Source of the DNA: Paragordius varius
Taxonomy: Eukaryota; Animalia; Nematomorpha
Reading direction: 5' to 3'
Length of the DNA stretch: 64,000 nucleotides
NCBI GenBank assembly: GCA_964247055.1
Contig: OZ176052.1
Location: 7,440,001 to 7,504,000 of the forward strand
This document shows positions 61,601 to 64,000 of this stretch, in pieces (within the stretch, counting starts at the first letter, position 1; each line of letters starts with the position of its first letter). The notes beneath the pieces were generated by a model that was not told the origin of the DNA, searched no databases, and saw only the letters and a program-made list of their open reading frames with translations. The position numbers were made by a program, and so were the translations under genes.

Positions 61601-64000
61601 GATCTTTATTGAATTTTATGTCATGTATAATAATGGCAAATTAACTTAAATTATGATTTAAAATGTTATTTTGGTAAAGCGTGCAATATTTGTAATATCA
61701 ACAAGGTTGAATATTTTTTAAAGATATCTTTCTATACTAATACTCTAAAAATGATGATGATATTAAGGTTGTTATAGATATAAAAATTCAGATGTTAATA
61801 TATAAATAGAATTAATTTATCTTTACGGATATAGGTGAATGCATTTGTAAGCGCTTTCCACGACGCCGTCATTCTCTATGCTTTGGCACTGAATGAAACC
61901 TTGCAAGCAGGTTTTAACTATACCGATGGTGTAGAAATTACAAGAAGAATGTGGAACCGCACTTTTACAGGTAATAATGCCAAACATGATTTATTTAGCA
62001 ACAGACATATAAGTTGCTTCATTGCACAGTCATCTTTTAAACTTTATTAGTCAATCAATTTATTAGTAAGTTATTTATTCTACTGTGTAAGTGCATTCAT
62101 TATAAAATATGAATTTTTATAATTGGTATTTATATGTTTTTGAATTTAAATTTAGGGATTACGGGGAATGTTAGTATAGATGCTAATGGTGATAGGTATA
62201 CGGATTACTCCTTGTGGGACCTAAATCCGGTTACGGGGCGTTTTCAAGTATATTTTATTGTAAATTTAAAATTATAACAAAACCTAAATGTAAAAAAATG
62301 TAAGAAAATAATGCAACCTTATGTTAATGCTTAAAGACCGTAATTAATTTTCGAAACGGTTAAAACCAATCAAGATAAAAAATTTTGCCATATGCATTAG
62401 TATATGTACCATAAATATTTATATGTTCCATATTAGGTAGTGTTAAATTATTATGGGAAAGATAATTCTTTGGTTGAAGTGCCCAACAAAACTATTCATT
62501 GGGCCGGAGGTCGGACTTCCGCTCCTTTAGATCAACCCGTTTGTGGATTCGATGGTAGCTTATGCAAGAAAAAGGGTAATCCATATTATATTTTTTATTA
62601 TCCTTTTTTTTGAAAAAGTTTAAACGAATCTATTTTTCGTTTTAAAACAGAATTTCCCAAATACGCCATTATTATCACATTTTTGGGATCACTCGTTTTC
62701 ATTCTCATGATCCTATCATTATTCATATATCGCCGGTACCGGATAGAATCGGAATTGGGTAATATGAAATGGCGCATAGATTGGGATGATTTGATGTTCC
62801 AAAATTTCTTGCAGCCCAAGGATAACAAAAAGTTTGGGAGTAATTGGAGTCTCAATCGATTAGGGTTGGATGATACTAAAAGTAAAAAGTCACGTTTACG
62901 TGGTAATATTCCTCACAAAAAACGATCTCATCGTTTGCACGGGTATCTGAAAGGAACACCTTCAAATCATTTATATTCCCCGAGTGGTCCATTAACCCAT
63001 CATCTCTCTTTCGCATCAACTAAATGTTTGAGTCCTGTTCAAGGAGTTAACACCGAAGATGAAATGGAAAATAACCGTTTAGGTCTTGTCGGCGCAGTCG
63101 TCAAAAAGGGTAGGGAGGAGCGACTTAAAAAACGTTCGCTGGAATATTCTTCGGATACGGCTCTGAGTGAAAGTATGTTTAATGATGACAGTGGTGATAG
63201 CAATAGCTCATCAACACAAATGAAAGTTCACAAAAACAGTGATTCACACGAACAACAGGATCCACTTCTCTCTTTTTACCGAAGGCGTTATTCTCAACCC
63301 CCTAACCATCATCAACAACAAGGACAAAATCATCATTTTAGTTTAACTAATGCTTTGCATCGCGGATCTAATTTTTTCCACTTACACGATAGTTCAGCCC
63401 ATGCAACAGTTAATTCAACATTCAATGATGTTGAACCCAAAAAGAAAAAATCCAGCATGAGGAATCGACTTTTGTCAAGTATGACATCATTTATTTTTTT
63501 AAAATCATTATTTAACTTAAAAAAATCTTTATGAATGTTGTTAGTGTTAATATTTATAATTTTTTTGAAGTTTAAGATTTGTTTATGTCCAACAAAAAAC
63601 TACATAAAAGCAAGTTTCGCTGTGTTTTATATATAATACTTTTTGATTAACTGCACTTCGAGCCAAATCAACTACTGTAGACCTATTATGTCAAAGATGT
63701 ATTATATAATAATCGATATTTTACACAATAAATATATGGTATTAGAAATTGATCCACAATATTACAATCGGTACAGTAAGATATCTAAATTATCAAAAAT
63801 AACGAGCGAAGAATTGGAAAAATTGCATAGGCATCATCATCAAAGCCACAAGAAGAGTTCAGATTCAACCTGGTATGCAGGTTTGACCTCGTTTTAGTTT
63901 TTAACCCATAGATTTAGCAAGGAATTGGGAATGGATTACATCCGTTCGTATTGCATACTACAAAAGTGTCCCTGTTATCTTAAAACCGGTTGTTATGAAA
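58682..64000 (+). CDS. Receptor guanylyl cyclase (natriuretic-peptide-receptor type) constant region, continuing past the window
   Basis: Exons 58682-58796 ([18 protein letters not shown]), 61401-61593, 61835-61970 ([19 protein letters not shown]), 62156-62247 ([14 protein letters not shown]), 62437-62575 (P.CGFDGS.C), 62651-63478 (TM, WRIDW), 63746-63880, 63912->64000 (IAYYK, start of the kinase-homology domain). The cyclase domain itself is not in the window. Confidence 0.9.
59829..60120. mobile_element. hAT-type MITE (CAGGGG family)
   Basis: CAGGGGTTGCCAAC / GACACCCCTG with perfect 8-bp TSD CTTTAAAA. Confidence 0.85.
60176..61269 (-). mobile_element. Non-autonomous CACTA/EnSpm-like element, copy 2 (rGC intron)
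   Basis: TAA|CACTAGAC ... GTCCAGTG|TAA; inverted homolog of 45516-46623. Confidence 0.78.

Overview
Very AT-rich animal (bilaterian-type) genomic DNA; the taxon cannot be fixed from sequence alone. Spliced genes reconstructed by hand: 3' part of a DCC/neogenin/frazzled netrin receptor (+, <1-8691), tRNA-Gly(TCC), a Star-like FkbM methyltransferase (-), SEC11 (-), prenylcysteine oxidase (+), MRPS18C (-), NAA40 (-), SDE2 (+), NDUFAF5 (-), an ARIH1 pseudogene fragment, and the 5' part of a natriuretic-peptide-receptor-type receptor guanylyl cyclase (+, 51752->64000). Introns and intergenic DNA hold hAT, mariner, piggyBac-like and CACTA-like elements plus a mini LTR retroelement. Two things stand out. 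(1) The receptor guanylyl cyclase has three tandem, divergent first-exon cassettes. Each has its own start and signal peptide, encodes the N-terminal half of the ligand-binding domain, and ends in a phase-1 donor at the homologous codon ahead of one shared downstream exon set. This resembles the variable/constant layout of clustered protocadherins and UGT1A. (2) At least a dozen GT-AG micro-introns of only 21-31 nt are required to restore conserved proteins, and they coexist with kb-scale TE-filled introns, weak donors and start codons only 16-46 bp apart. All exon models are manual and lack transcript support.
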